A stretch of DNA of 64,000 bases from Myxococcales bacterium (GTDB taxonomy: Bacteria; Myxococcota; UBA727; JABDBI01), in contig JAHFEG010000005.1 of assembly GCA_023248595.1 (NCBI GenBank), positions 19,134-83,133 of the forward strand, written 5' to 3'. Below are positions 38,968-48,666 of the stretch, in pieces. Under the pieces are notes generated by a model, which did no database searches, was not told the DNA's origin, and saw only the letters and a program-made list of their open reading frames with translations. Position 1 is the stretch's first letter; every line of letters begins with the position of its first letter. A program made the translations under genes and the position numbers.

Positions 38968-38998
38968 GACCAACATTTTGTTGGCCTTTTTTTTAATG
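38968..38998 (+). terminator. possible Rho-independent terminator
   Basis: GACCAAC-ATTTT-GTTGGCC stem-loop followed by T8. Confidence 0.45.
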
Positions 38999-39019
38999 CC
39001 GTAAAAATGTAGGCAGCTT

Positions 39020-39124
39020 TCAGCGTCGTCCTTTTTTACCTCGTGGGTCATCCACGACCTCAAGCGGCAATTCTTTGAGACGCTTGTGCAAAACGCCATA
39101 AGCCGGTCTGTTATTTCCAGTCAT
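39020..39124 (-). pseudogene. possible N-terminal remnant of an ISAs1/IS4-like (DDE_Tnp_1-associated) transposase
   Basis: The 34-codon ORF MTGNNRPAYGVLHKRLKELPLEVVDDPRGKKGRR* recalls the ..DPR..GKRH.L motif. The reading continues as KLPTFL after the stop. Recognised from memory only. Confidence 0.3.
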
Positions 39125-39507
39125 TCATTTTTTCTTCCTTAAATCACTTGTAAATTCGACGACCAGAAAGCATTATAACCCTGGCCTTATTACGCTTTTA
39201 GTCACAACTGCGGGGGCTGCTAATGAACTGAACGAACCAGGAAAAGATATTTTCTTCTGCACAAAGGATTTAGAGTCTTTTCAATCGAGTCCCGCCTCTG
39301 TGACAGGTGGTAACAACGATAACCCTGGCACTGAGGATAGCATGCAGGTCCACTTCCCTCTGAACAATGATAAGCATAATGCTTTCAATCTTAGACATTG
39401 CTTTGTTGCTTTCGCAATGGTTGAGAAAATAGAGGGCTCTCTCGGCTGTTAGCAAGCGTTCTTGCCCCTAAAGTCGTCATGCCTGCGCTGGCATGACAAC
39501 AGAAAAT

Positions 39508-40218
39508 CTAAACCGATGTTAAAAATTGATAAAACCGTTCGGCTTTTCCATTAGATGCAAAAAATTGCGCATTGGCTTTTTGAAAAAGTTCGAGCAAAAA
39601 ATGTTCAGCATTTTGGTAGTGAAGGGACGTCGGGATTTCTAGTTCAACTTCATAGTGAATGATTTCTGATTTAAATGTTGTCTCATCCATTTCCAGTAAA
39701 AATTCATTTTGGGCAATTGCGACGGGAATGCAAGTGCGCTGATTGGTGAATGAACCAATCATTTGCAAAGGTTTGTTTGAGCTCAGAATACTAATCTGTT
39801 TACAGAGAAATTCTCGCGTTCTTATTTTTTTGGAATCATTGGCTGCTGACTGAGCAAGCAAGTAATCGAGTGGCGAGCACTTTTGTTCAAGCAATTGTCT
39901 GGCAATCGTTTCAGGAATGTCGTCTTCGTATTCTAACTTGATTGACATGCTTTTTTGATTTTTTGCTGCTTTGGGATCATTTCCTTTGATGCATAAAATA
40001 AAGCGATCGTTTTCATAGCGCAAACGTATCGCTAAAGAATTTGCTCTTAAAATGAGATCTGAGGTGTCAAAAAAATAATTATTTTGCTTAAGTAATAGAA
40101 AATCTTTGGCTTGGCTTATGCTCATTGCAGTTTCTTTCACGCGCTGAAATGTGTTTGCGTCATGGAAGCGGTATTTCAGTTCGATTTCTTGATGAAGTTC
40201 TTGATGCAAATGGGGCAT
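39508..40218 (-). CDS. CYTH domain protein (CyaB/thiamine triphosphatase-like)
   Basis: N-terminal EIELKYRF (ExExK) signature. 236 aa. Confidence 0.75.
   Translation of the reverse strand: MPHLHQELHQEIELKYRFHDANTFQRVKETAMSISQAKDFLLLKQNNYFFDTSDLILRANSLAIRLRYENDRFILCIKGNDPKAAKNQKSMSIKLEYEDDIPETIARQLLEQKCSPLDYLLAQSAANDSKKIRTREFLCKQISILSSNKPLQMIGSFTNQRTCIPVAIAQNEFLLEMDETTFKSEIIHYEVELEIPTSLHYQNAEHFLLELFQKANAQFFASNGKAERFYQFLTSV
39515..39567. repeat. 53-bp perfect direct repeat, right copy (inside the CYTH gene 3' end)
   Basis: Identical to 37963..38015. It encodes ..QFFASNGKAERFYQFLTS. Confidence 0.92.
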
Positions 40219-40325
40219 ATGGGGATTGTTCCGTTTAATTATTTTGTTATCTTGTCAGCTTTATTTGTGCTTGTCATGAGTGTTATCAGTTTGGCACCGC
40301 GTTCATTTTTATAAGGGGAACAATC

Positions 40326-41711
40326 ATGGGTTTTCGCATCGAAACCGATAGCATGGGAGAAGTCAAAGTTTTAGCCAAAGCATATTGGGGGGCGCAAACC
40401 CAGCGCAGTTTACAGAACTTTAAAATTGGTCAGGAACATTTTTCTCTCGATTTTATCCATGCCTATGCTTTGGTGAAACAAGCAGCTGCCCAAGTAAATG
40501 CAGATCTAGGGGAGCTAGATGCCAAAGTCGCTGCCTGGATTAAACAGGCAGCTCAGGAAATAATTGATGGTCGTCACGACGATCAGTTCCCCTTGGTGAT
40601 TTGGCAAACTGGTTCTGGCACGCAGACCAATATGAACCTAAACGAAGTGATTGCCAATCGCGCTATTGAAATAGCGGGTGGCAAGATTGGGAGTAAAAAA
40701 CCAGTTCATCCCAATGACCATGTCAACAAAAGCCAAAGCACAAACGATACTTTTCCCACTGCGATGCATGTCGCTGCTGTTCTTTCTATTCATCAAAAAT
40801 TATTGCCGGCGATCGATCAGTTAATCAAAACATTTGATGAGAAAGCCAAGACGTTTCATCATGTGGTTAAAATGGGACGAACGCATTTGCAAGATGCCAC
40901 GCCGATTACTCTAGGCCAAGAAATTGGTGCTTGGTCTGCCCAATTGCGCGACGCCAAAGAGGCGATTGAAGCTGTGGGTCCTAAGATATGCGAATTGGCG
41001 GCGGGTGGAACAGCCGTGGGGACAGGATTAAATGCGCATCCTGAATATGCAGTTAAAATTGCAAAGCATCTTGCCAGACTAACTGGTTATAGTTTTACTT
41101 CTGCAAAAAATAAATTTGCGGCGCTCGCCTCACACGATGCCTTAGTATCGTTGTCGGGTGCTTTAAGTGTATTGGCTTGTGCACTGATGAAAATTGCTAA
41201 CGACGTGCGCTGGCTGGCCAGTGGTCCTAGAGGTGGCCTTGGTGAATTGATGATTGCAGAAAACGAACCAGGTTCTTCGATTATGCCAGGCAAAGTAAAT
41301 CCGACGCAATCTGAAGCAGCAACAATGGTTTGTTGCCAAGTAATAGGCAATCATACGACGGTCATGATGGCGGGTAGCCAGGGTAATTTTCAATTAAATG
41401 TTTACAAGCCTGTGATTATTTATAACGTGTTGCAGTCAATTCGAATTTTAGCCGACGTGCTGGTGAGCTTTGATGAACATTGTGCACGTTCGATTGAGCC
41501 TAACTTGAATCGATTAAAAGAATTGAAGGACAAGTCGCTCATGCTCGTGACAGCGTTGGCACCTTATATTGGTTACGATCAAGCAGCCCATGCTGCCAAA
41601 AAAGCCCATCAAGAAAACAGCACACTGAAAGAGGCAGTTTTATCGATGGGTCTCATGACTTCTGAAGAATTTGATGAGCGAGTTAAACCAGAAAGCATGG
41701 TTGGTAATTAG
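40326..41711 (+). CDS. fumC: class II fumarate hydratase
   Basis: [11 protein letters not shown] signature, plus [11 protein letters not shown] and HLQDATP motifs. Confidence 0.96.
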   Translation: MGFRIETDSMGEVKVLAKAYWGAQTQRSLQNFKIGQEHFSLDFIHAYALVKQAAAQVNADLGELDAKVAAWIKQAAQEIIDGRHDDQFPLVIWQTGSGTQTNMNLNEVIANRAIEIAGGKIGSKKPVHPNDHVNKSQSTNDTFPTAMHVAAVLSIHQKLLPAIDQLIKTFDEKAKTFHHVVKMGRTHLQDATPITLGQEIGAWSAQLRDAKEAIEAVGPKICELAAGGTAVGTGLNAHPEYAVKIAKHLARLTGYSFTSAKNKFAALASHDALVSLSGALSVLACALMKIANDVRWLASGPRGGLGELMIAENEPGSSIMPGKVNPTQSEAATMVCCQVIGNHTTVMMAGSQGNFQLNVYKPVIIYNVLQSIRILADVLVSFDEHCARSIEPNLNRLKELKDKSLMLVTALAPYIGYDQAAHAAKKAHQENSTLKEAVLSMGLMTSEEFDERVKPESMVGN

Positions 41712-41775
41712 GATGCTTTCAGGTTTTGGTTAAGAAACTTTTCCTGCTTAAAGCACGAGAGAGTTTGTGAAAATT

Positions 41776-42045
41776 TCAGTCTTTGTGCAGCGGGCAGATA
41801 GTTGTTTGAGCACAACCCGTCGTACCAGTTAATATGTATGGCGAACGATGCTTGCATTCCGCTGACAATGAAGGGGTTGGGTTATAACATTCCTGTGTAA
41901 CCTTATTCTCATCAATGTAGTAGCAGCACGCTGGATGCTCATTCGGATTCGTTGTCTTCTCATCACTCAGTTGGTTTTCTCCATTTGGTGAGCAAGCGCC
42001 TACAACCATCATGAGTAGCGATAACGCTAATATTTTTTTAATCAT
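41776..42045 (-). CDS. small cysteine-rich lipoprotein (paralog A)
   Basis: MIKKILALSLLMMVVGAC lipobox and 7 Cys. Paralog of 42191..42445. Confidence 0.7.
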   Translation of the reverse strand: MIKKILALSLLMMVVGACSPNGENQLSDEKTTNPNEHPACCYYIDENKVTQECYNPTPSLSAECKHRSPYILTGTTGCAQTTICPLHKD

Positions 42046-42190
42046 TGCTTTTACCTCTGACTGGGTTTTATGTCTTTTAGTTTAACACAGAGCCAGTAGG
42101 CGGCGCAAGCATGTGTCGGTTTTAGTGTACGACTTTAGGGTAAGGTCTGGAATCATATAAGAAAATTAATAAAAAAATATATGGTTTCTC

Positions 42191-42445
42191 TTAAGATTTG
42201 AGGGAACCCTGCGGGGGTTTACAAAGGCCTATATTACTTTTAGGACAGGGTGTCTCTGTCCAACTAACATTACTGTCGTTGTAAAACTCGCATTTGTGAC
42301 GCGAAAAAATAGTTTTACTGCAAAACTGGTTTGCATTTTGACAGCACTTTGAGTGTAGTTCTGTCGCAAAACTGTTCTCATCGTTTTGTGAACATGCACC
42401 TAGAACTGTCATGAGTAGCGATAATGTTAATATTTTTTTAATCAT
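42191..42445 (-). CDS. small cysteine-rich lipoprotein (paralog B)
   Basis: MIKKILTLSLLMTVLGAC lipobox and 7 Cys. Confidence 0.7.
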   Translation of the reverse strand: MIKKILTLSLLMTVLGACSQNDENSFATELHSKCCQNANQFCSKTIFSRHKCEFYNDSNVSWTETPCPKSNIGLCKPPQGSLKS

Positions 42446-42574
42446 TATTTCTACCTTTTACTGGGTTTTACATCTTTAGTTTAACAAAGATCCAGAAGTT
42501 GGTGCAAGCATGAGCCAGTTTTAATTTTGATGATTTAAGAGATTTTTGAATTCTGACGCCGATACTCTAATTGC

Positions 42575-42600
42575 AAAAAGGCCTCTTAAAAAAGAGACCT
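42575..42600 (-). terminator. Rho-independent terminator of hupB
   Basis: On the minus strand, AGGTCTCTT..AAGAGGCCT forms a 9-bp stem (one G-U pair) followed by TTTTT. Confidence 0.6.
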
Positions 42601-42623
42601 TTTCATTTTATCAAGACCGCAGA

Positions 42624-42896
42624 TTAAAGTTGGTCTTTAAATGCGCGAGCTGGACGGAAACCAACGGTACGAGAAGCTTTGATTTTGATTTCTTCTCCAG
42701 TACGTGGATTGCGACCTGTTCTAGCTTTGCGTGAACGTACAACGAAAGTACCAAATCCAGGATAAGAAAATTTCTCATCGGCTTTGATGCTTTTTTGCAT
42801 GGCCTCAAATACCGCGTCAATAATATCTGCACCTGCTTTTTTGGTCAGACCATCTTGGTTCTTGCAAACAAAATCTACTAGTTCTGTCTTTGTCAT
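42624..42896 (-). CDS. hupB: HU-family DNA-binding protein
   Basis: 90 aa with GFGTF.V..R.AR.GRNP.TGE.I.I as in HU/IHF. AAGGAG Shine-Dalgarno sequence. Confidence 0.93.
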   Translation of the reverse strand: MTKTELVDFVCKNQDGLTKKAGADIIDAVFEAMQKSIKADEKFSYPGFGTFVVRSRKARTGRNPRTGEEIKIKASRTVGFRPARAFKDQL

Positions 42897-42931
42897 TGTC
42901 TATTTCTCCTTTTAAAACTATTTATCCATCG

Positions 42932-42953
42932 TTGTTTGTTAAATAACAAACAA
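42932..42953. promoter_or_regulatory. perfect 10-2-10 palindrome upstream of hupB
   Basis: TTGTTTGTTA-AA-TAACAAACAA lies 36-57 nt upstream of the hupB ATG. Confidence 0.35.
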
Positions 42954-43126
42954 AGGTGATAGGGCCTCGATACTTGCTGAATGTCTTTTAGCCAGTAACT
43001 TAAACCTTCTCTTCATCTGTTGTCCGATATGCTATCAATCGTCAACTGAAAATATACAAAAACCACAAAATTGTGTAATTTTTTTAAAAAAAAGAATGGC
43101 CGGACATTATTTTCTCTGGGTGTGAT

Positions 43127-43975
43127 TTGAAAACAGGTATTATTGTTTCGCATTTTGGCGTTAAAGTTTTGGTAGAAGATACACATGGAGTGCGTCTACC
43201 TTTTCATGTTGCGCGTAATTCTGGTCATGTTGTAGGTGATTTTGTTGACTTGGGATCGCCGCGTTTAAGGCGTTTGCCGAGGAGAAATGAACTTTCTAGA
43301 AAAGTGCATGCAAAAACCCAGGTGATTGCTGCCAATTTGGATGCGATTGGCATTGTCACTGCTGTGATCCCAAAAACCCCGAGAACATTTATTGATTTGG
43401 TAGTGGTTGGTGCTTTGAGTCAAAATATAAGGCCATTGATCATCGTCAATAAATCTGATGAGCCAGACACCGCTCAGTACTACCAAGATTTGTGTACAAC
43501 ATTCGATGATGATATTTCTATTTTTGATGTGAGCGCAAAAAAGGGTGATCACATTGCTGAGCTTTGTGACTTTCTGACAAAAATAGGGCGTACAGCGTTT
43601 GTCGGCGTATCAGGAGCTGGAAAAAGTTCTTTAGTGAATGCGTTGCTGCCAAATGCCTGTCTTTCGATCGGTTTGATTGATGCTAGCAATCAGCACGGAC
43701 AACATATGACAACGGTTTCGACTTTACTAAAACTACCTGGTGGTGGCGAGTTGATTGATACGCCAGGCATTAGAGATTTTGAACCTGTCGATGTGGCACC
43801 TTTGCAATTGGCGCAGTATTTTTTGGGATTTGAGAAAATTTTGCAAGACCCGTGCAAATTTCGTAATTGCTTGCATCTCAATGAACCAGAGTGCTCAATC
43901 TTAGCAGCTGTCAAAAGTGGAAAAATTAAAAAAGATCGTTACGAAAATTATGTTCAGATGATGAAAAATCTTTAA
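43127..43975 (+). CDS. rsgA: ribosome small-subunit-dependent GTPase A
   Basis: GVSGAGKSSLVNALL, DTPGIR and the zinc motif CKFRNCLHLNEPEC. TTG start. Confidence 0.9.
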   Translation: MKTGIIVSHFGVKVLVEDTHGVRLPFHVARNSGHVVGDFVDLGSPRLRRLPRRNELSRKVHAKTQVIAANLDAIGIVTAVIPKTPRTFIDLVVVGALSQNIRPLIIVNKSDEPDTAQYYQDLCTTFDDDISIFDVSAKKGDHIAELCDFLTKIGRTAFVGVSGAGKSSLVNALLPNACLSIGLIDASNQHGQHMTTVSTLLKLPGGGELIDTPGIRDFEPVDVAPLQLAQYFLGFEKILQDPCKFRNCLHLNEPECSILAAVKSGKIKKDRYENYVQMMKNL

Positions 43976-43987
43976 GGAAAATATGTC

Positions 43988-44386
43988 GTGAAATTCAATT
44001 TATGGTTTTTTCTCGCTGGAATTTTTGGTCTGAGCGCATTGATTTTTGATGCTTTTGGATCCCATGCCTTATCAAGTTGGCTGGCTTTATCGCCCGAAGA
44101 TATGAGTCTTGTCAAACAATCTTGGCAAACCGCAACCAAGTACCAATTGGTGCATGCTTTGTTGCTTGTGTTCTTTGCTGGTATGACTTTTGAAAAAAAA
44201 CAGTGGAACCTTACCTGGGGAAAAATCTTCATCGTGCTGGGTGTGATTTTATTTTGCGGTGGGATTTATGTGAAAATATTAACAGGCATGACTTGCTTTG
44301 GACAAATTGCTCCCTATGGAGGCGGTTGTTTGATGCTGGCCTGGGTCTGCTTAATTGTGACAGCGTTTCGAACTGGTAACCGGTAA
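43988..44386 (+). CDS. DUF423 family membrane protein
   Basis: Four TM segments and a FGSHAL motif. GTG start. Confidence 0.75.
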   Translation: MKFNLWFFLAGIFGLSALIFDAFGSHALSSWLALSPEDMSLVKQSWQTATKYQLVHALLLVFFAGMTFEKKQWNLTWGKIFIVLGVILFCGGIYVKILTGMTCFGQIAPYGGGCLMLAWVCLIVTAFRTGNR

Positions 44387-44387
44387 G

Positions 44388-45647
44388 CTATGCTGCATTA
44401 GGTGGGTTAATTTGCTTTTCCATCACGACAGTTGGAGGTTCTTTTTTTAAAACAGCCCGTTCGTTTAGGACGATTTCTTGAACACCTTTTTGGCTTGGTG
44501 TATCGTACATGACGTCGAGCATGGCATTTTCCAAAATGGTGCGAAGGCCTCTGGCTCCAGTTTTACGTTTTAGCGCTTCTTTAGCCACTGTTTTTAAGGC
44601 TTCATCGGTAAAACGCAAAGAAATTCCATCCATTTCCATGAGTCTTTTGTATTGCTTTGCTAATGCGTTTTTCGGTTCAGTTAAAATTTGCACCAAAGTC
44701 TCTTCCGATAGATCCTCTAATGTCGCGGTGACAGGAAGCCGGCCAATTAATTCAGGAATAAGGCCAAACTTGAGAAGGTCTTGTGGCTGGACTTCTTTGA
44801 AATAGTCACTCGATGATTTATCGCTTTTTCCACGTACTTTGGCACCAAAGCCCATTGTTTTTTGGCCTACGCGTTGCTCAATAATTTTTTCCAGACCTGA
44901 AAACGCACCGCCACAGATAAAAAGAATTTGAGAAGTGTCTACCTGTAGAAATTCTTGCTGCGGATGTTTGCGACCACCTTTAGGAGGGACGTTGCAATTG
45001 GTGCCTTCGATTAATTTAAGCAAGGCTTGCTGAACGCCTTCGCCTGAAACATCGCGCGTGATGCTGGGATTTTCACCTTTTCGAGTAATTTTATCAATTT
45101 CATCGATGTAGACAATTCCGCGTTGCGCTTTTGTGATGTCTCCATCTGCTGAGTTCAGCAAATTGACAATCATATTTTCGACATCTTCTCCGACATAACC
45201 TGCCTCAGTCAAACTCGTGGCATCGGCAATTGTGAATGGTACTTTCAAAATACGTGCTAAAGTTTGGGCAAGCAAGGTTTTGCCAGAACCGGTAGGCCCA
45301 ATAAGCAAGATGTTGCTTTTTTGCAGTTCGACGTCTGAAGTGTCAACTTCGCTAAAAATGCGTTTATAGTGGTTGTGCACGGCAACAGACAGCGTCTTCT
45401 TGGCATGCTCCTGACCCACAACATATTTATCGAGGATGCTTTTGATCTCTGCTGGTTTTAGTAAGCTGATTTCATCTGCTGGCGAAACGTCGCTAATGAG
45501 TAAATCTTCAGCAATGATATCGTTACAAAGAGCAATGCACTCCTCGCAGATATAAACAGAAGGACCGGCCACCAACTTCCTAACTTCTTTTTGAGATTTA
45601 CCACAAAAAGAGCATAAAAGCGCACTGTCATCACGTCTGCCTACCAT
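44388..45647 (-). CDS. clpX: ATP-dependent Clp protease ATP-binding subunit ClpX
   Basis: Zinc finger CSFCGK...CEEC, Walker [18 protein letters not shown]. Confidence 0.97.
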   Translation of the reverse strand: MVGRRDDSALLCSFCGKSQKEVRKLVAGPSVYICEECIALCNDIIAEDLLISDVSPADEISLLKPAEIKSILDKYVVGQEHAKKTLSVAVHNHYKRIFSEVDTSDVELQKSNILLIGPTGSGKTLLAQTLARILKVPFTIADATSLTEAGYVGEDVENMIVNLLNSADGDITKAQRGIVYIDEIDKITRKGENPSITRDVSGEGVQQALLKLIEGTNCNVPPKGGRKHPQQEFLQVDTSQILFICGGAFSGLEKIIEQRVGQKTMGFGAKVRGKSDKSSSDYFKEVQPQDLLKFGLIPELIGRLPVTATLEDLSEETLVQILTEPKNALAKQYKRLMEMDGISLRFTDEALKTVAKEALKRKTGARGLRTILENAMLDVMYDTPSQKGVQEIVLNERAVLKKEPPTVVMEKQINPPNAA

Positions 45648-45650
45648 GGT

Positions 45651-46253
45651 CTATCCCACCTTTACTGTTTCATGCCTGGTAACAATTCTGTCCACGAGAC
45701 CATAAGCAATGGCTTCTTCTGCACTTAAGTAATAATCTCGGTCTGTATCTTTTTCGATTTGTTTGAGTGGTTTGCCTGTGTGTCTGACCAAGATGTCATT
45801 TAAAAGTCGTTTAATTTTTAAGATTTCTCGGGCCTGGATTTCGATATCGGTTGCCTGTCCTTGAGCGCCGCCCAAAGGCTGATGAATCATGACGCGGCTG
45901 TGGGGCAAAATAAGACGTTTGCCTTTGGTGCCTGCAGATAAAAGCACAGCTCCCATAGAAGCACATTGCCCAACGCAAACTGTTGAAACATCGCTGCGTA
46001 CATACAACATGGCGTCATAGATTGCCAAACCGGCAGAGACCGAACCGCCGGGAGAATTGATGTACATGGTGATGTCTTTTTCGGCATCTTCGCTTTCTAA
46101 AAAGAGCAATTGGGCCACAACAGAATTGGCGACTTGGTCATCAATGGCGGTTCCCAAAAAAATAATCCGATCTTTTAAAAGGCGTGACCAAATATCGTAA
46201 GCACGCTCGCCTCTGGGGGTCTGCTCGATTACTGTTGGTGGGTAGTATGTCAT
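45651..46253 (-). CDS. clpP: ATP-dependent Clp protease proteolytic subunit
   Basis: [11 protein letters not shown] (active-site Ser) and MIHQPLGG (His). 200 aa. Confidence 0.97.
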   Translation of the reverse strand: MTYYPPTVIEQTPRGERAYDIWSRLLKDRIIFLGTAIDDQVANSVVAQLLFLESEDAEKDITMYINSPGGSVSAGLAIYDAMLYVRSDVSTVCVGQCASMGAVLLSAGTKGKRLILPHSRVMIHQPLGGAQGQATDIEIQAREILKIKRLLNDILVRHTGKPLKQIEKDTDRDYYLSAEEAIAYGLVDRIVTRHETVKVG

Positions 46254-46276
46254 GTAAGCTCCTAAAAGATGAAAAA

Positions 46277-46882
46277 TTATAACATTACTTTATTCAAAAA
46301 CTGGCCTTGTTCGTCCAACTCATAAATGATGGGCGATCCCGTCGGTATTTCGACAGAAACCACATCTAAATCGCTTAGATGTTCAAGCTCTTTTATGAGC
46401 CCTCGCAGCGAATTTCCATGCGCTGCCACCAGAACTGTTTCTTTTTTAAGCAAGCAAGGCAATATGGTGCTTCGATAATAAGGTAAAACTCTATCGCAGG
46501 TATCTTTTAAGCTTTCACCATTTGGGGGCCTGATATCATAGCTACGCCTCCAAATCTGGACTTGTTCTTCACCGAATTTGGTCCGCATTTCATCTTTGTT
46601 TAAACCTTGCAAATCACCATAATGACGCTCATTTAAAGCAGGCGAACAGGCCAGGGGGAGTGCGATTTTCCCAATGATATCTAAAACAATTATGGCTGTT
46701 TCAATGGCTCTTTTTAATGTTGAAGTAAAAGCCCTGTCGATTTTGAAATGTTTTAATTTCTGGCCAGCCACTTGAGCTTCTTTGACTCCAAGTTCGCTTA
46801 AATCAACATCTTCCCAACCTGTAAAGCGATTTCCCGCGTTCCAAACAGACTGACCGTGTCTTAATAAAATAAGTTGGCTCAT
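46277..46882 (-). CDS. gpmA: 2,3-bisphosphoglycerate-dependent phosphoglycerate mutase (short form)
   Basis: [18 protein letters not shown] and AAHGNSLR motifs. Confidence 0.85.
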   Translation of the reverse strand: MSQLILLRHGQSVWNAGNRFTGWEDVDLSELGVKEAQVAGQKLKHFKIDRAFTSTLKRAIETAIIVLDIIGKIALPLACSPALNERHYGDLQGLNKDEMRTKFGEEQVQIWRRSYDIRPPNGESLKDTCDRVLPYYRSTILPCLLKKETVLVAAHGNSLRGLIKELEHLSDLDVVSVEIPTGSPIIYELDEQGQFLNKVML

Positions 46883-46897
46883 GGCATACTCTTTGAA

Positions 46898-47707
46898 CTA
46901 TCGCTGCATTGCAGCTTCAGTGAAATCATTTGGAGACAATTTGGCTTTAGGATCGATATTGTCAACCGTGATAATGGTACTGCTTTTCGTTTGCAGATTT
47001 TTCATTTCAATATCAACGGGCACGAAATTGCCTTCAATTTTTTTAAGTTTACGCACTTTTAGGACTTTTAGAGGTTGACCGGCTTTATCGAAAAAGTCGA
47101 TTTTGGCTGCAATCGATTGCGCTTTTTCAATATAAAGGAGGAGCTTTCCATAAGGAGATTCTGCCATTTTGGGTGTTACTTCGATAACATAAACAGATTG
47201 ACCGCCTAACTGCTGATCGGGTAGTTTTTTAACAGAGACGTCATCTTTCTTATCGCTAGGATAGGGTAGCAAGTCGGCATATATAAAATCAGACCCGAAA
47301 AAAGAACTTGTGGCATTCCCTGCTGCGATGCGACGAACTGTTTTGGCTGCTGGCACATAGACATATTGATCAGGTAGTTGACCCTTTCTTTCTTTCACCA
47401 AGAAAGCTGTTCCTTTGAGGTCGGCAGGTTTGAGGAATTTGATTAGGTACTGCAACAGATTTTCTTTTTCGCTGAGGGCTTTAAAAAGAAGCACTCGCTC
47501 TTTTTTATGGCCTTCAGAACTGGTAATCAACATATTGATGGTCGCTGTGCCTTGGGAAGTTCCGAACATGGATTTGGCAAAAGCCTTCTTTAAAATAGCG
47601 TCAGTCTCATCAACTGCGGCAGCCATTTTTGGAACATCTTTTCCAAAGGCAAAAAATCCTAACAGACCGAAAACAAAAACAATTGATAAGAGCAAAATAC
47701 GACGCAT
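46898..47707 (-). CDS. LolA-like outer membrane lipoprotein-sorting protein
   Basis: Signal peptide. The FFGSDFIYADL motif and overall layout resemble the LolA_like family. Confidence 0.6.
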   Translation of the reverse strand: MRRILLLSIVFVFGLLGFFAFGKDVPKMAAAVDETDAILKKAFAKSMFGTSQGTATINMLITSSEGHKKERVLLFKALSEKENLLQYLIKFLKPADLKGTAFLVKERKGQLPDQYVYVPAAKTVRRIAAGNATSSFFGSDFIYADLLPYPSDKKDDVSVKKLPDQQLGGQSVYVIEVTPKMAESPYGKLLLYIEKAQSIAAKIDFFDKAGQPLKVLKVRKLKKIEGNFVPVDIEMKNLQTKSSTIITVDNIDPKAKLSPNDFTEAAMQR

Positions 47708-47800
47708 CGAATACCCCTTTAATAGTTCAGAAACTTCTCATATCACAGACTCGCCAGGACTACCAAGTTAGTTCAAAATGGTGTCAAGGATAAAAAAATC

Positions 47801-47828
47801 TTGACGGTGCCCTGTTGGGAGTGATAAT
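47801..47828 (+). promoter_or_regulatory. candidate sigma70-type promoter
   Basis: TTGACG, 16-nt spacer, GATAAT. It lies about 160 nt upstream of the ATG at 47987. Confidence 0.3.
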
Positions 47829-47986
47829 CATTTAGATAAAGCGAATTTAAACCAGGTGGTTTTGACTTTTTCATTCAATCTTAGGTTTGCGTTTTTTATT
47901 TTTGCACGTTTCCCTCTTTTAAGCGATGACGTGCACAGAGTTTGCTATTCATTATTTTTCTAAAACATCATGGAGAACATCTGCTT

Positions 47987-48616
47987 ATGTCCCAAGGGCA
48001 TCTTGATCGATTTTCGAATGCGCTCGATACAAAAAGAGTTCGAACCAACGGCTCATCAGGATCTGCATCTCCTAATAAAGCCAGCCAAACGAAAAACACC
48101 ACATATGAGAAATATAAAGCTTCCTTGCATGCTTTTTTCGACGGAAAAGCACCATTGCCAGAGCATATTCGTTCTTTGTCTCCAGGAACTGAAACAGAAA
48201 GTGTGCAGGTTGTAACTTCTCATCTCCCAAGCGATCAGGAGACTGTAGAAGCAGAAAAAAAATCTGTAGAACGCTTACCTAGACGGCGATCAATAGCATG
48301 TGCTCCGACCTATGATGTTTTCATTGAAGCCATCAAAAGATCAACAACTCCAGATGAAATTACCCGAACTGTTGACGCTCTTTTTGAAGCAGAGCATCCG
48401 TTGCCGGCTGACGAAGATATTTTATCCAAAGGTCTTTCTCATCGAGATGAAGACGTGGTGCTTCATATTTTGCAAACCCTTGAGCAGCTGTTAGCTTCGC
48501 AGCCAGTCAAAAGCCCTCGATTACTAAAGACACGTATTGAAAATGCTGCGTTGCTAACATCCTCTGTTCAAGTCAAAGCACTTTGTAAGTCTCTTCGAGA
48601 ATTGGTTATTAATTAA
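47987..48616 (+). CDS. hypothetical protein
   Basis: ORF with no recognised domain. ATG at 47987 is preferred over the TTG at 47942. Confidence 0.5.
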   Translation: MSQGHLDRFSNALDTKRVRTNGSSGSASPNKASQTKNTTYEKYKASLHAFFDGKAPLPEHIRSLSPGTETESVQVVTSHLPSDQETVEAEKKSVERLPRRRSIACAPTYDVFIEAIKRSTTPDEITRTVDALFEAEHPLPADEDILSKGLSHRDEDVVLHILQTLEQLLASQPVKSPRLLKTRIENAALLTSSVQVKALCKSLRELVIN

Positions 48617-48666
48617 TCTGAGTTTTGTTTAAGTGAGCAATGCAAGCGGTCTTAAATCTTTCTTTA

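Noticed and set aside
39270-39455. 61-aa minus-strand ORF, plus a longer start-less open frame on the plus strand of the same region.
   Set aside because: Neither has a recognisable family or a good start. I treated both as degraded island sequence. BLASTX could revise this.
39476-39497. Hairpin GTCATGCC-TGCGCT-GGCATGAC just downstream of the CYTH gene.
   Set aside because: The 8-bp stem has no following U-run in either orientation. It could be part of the island end, but on its own it is uninformative.
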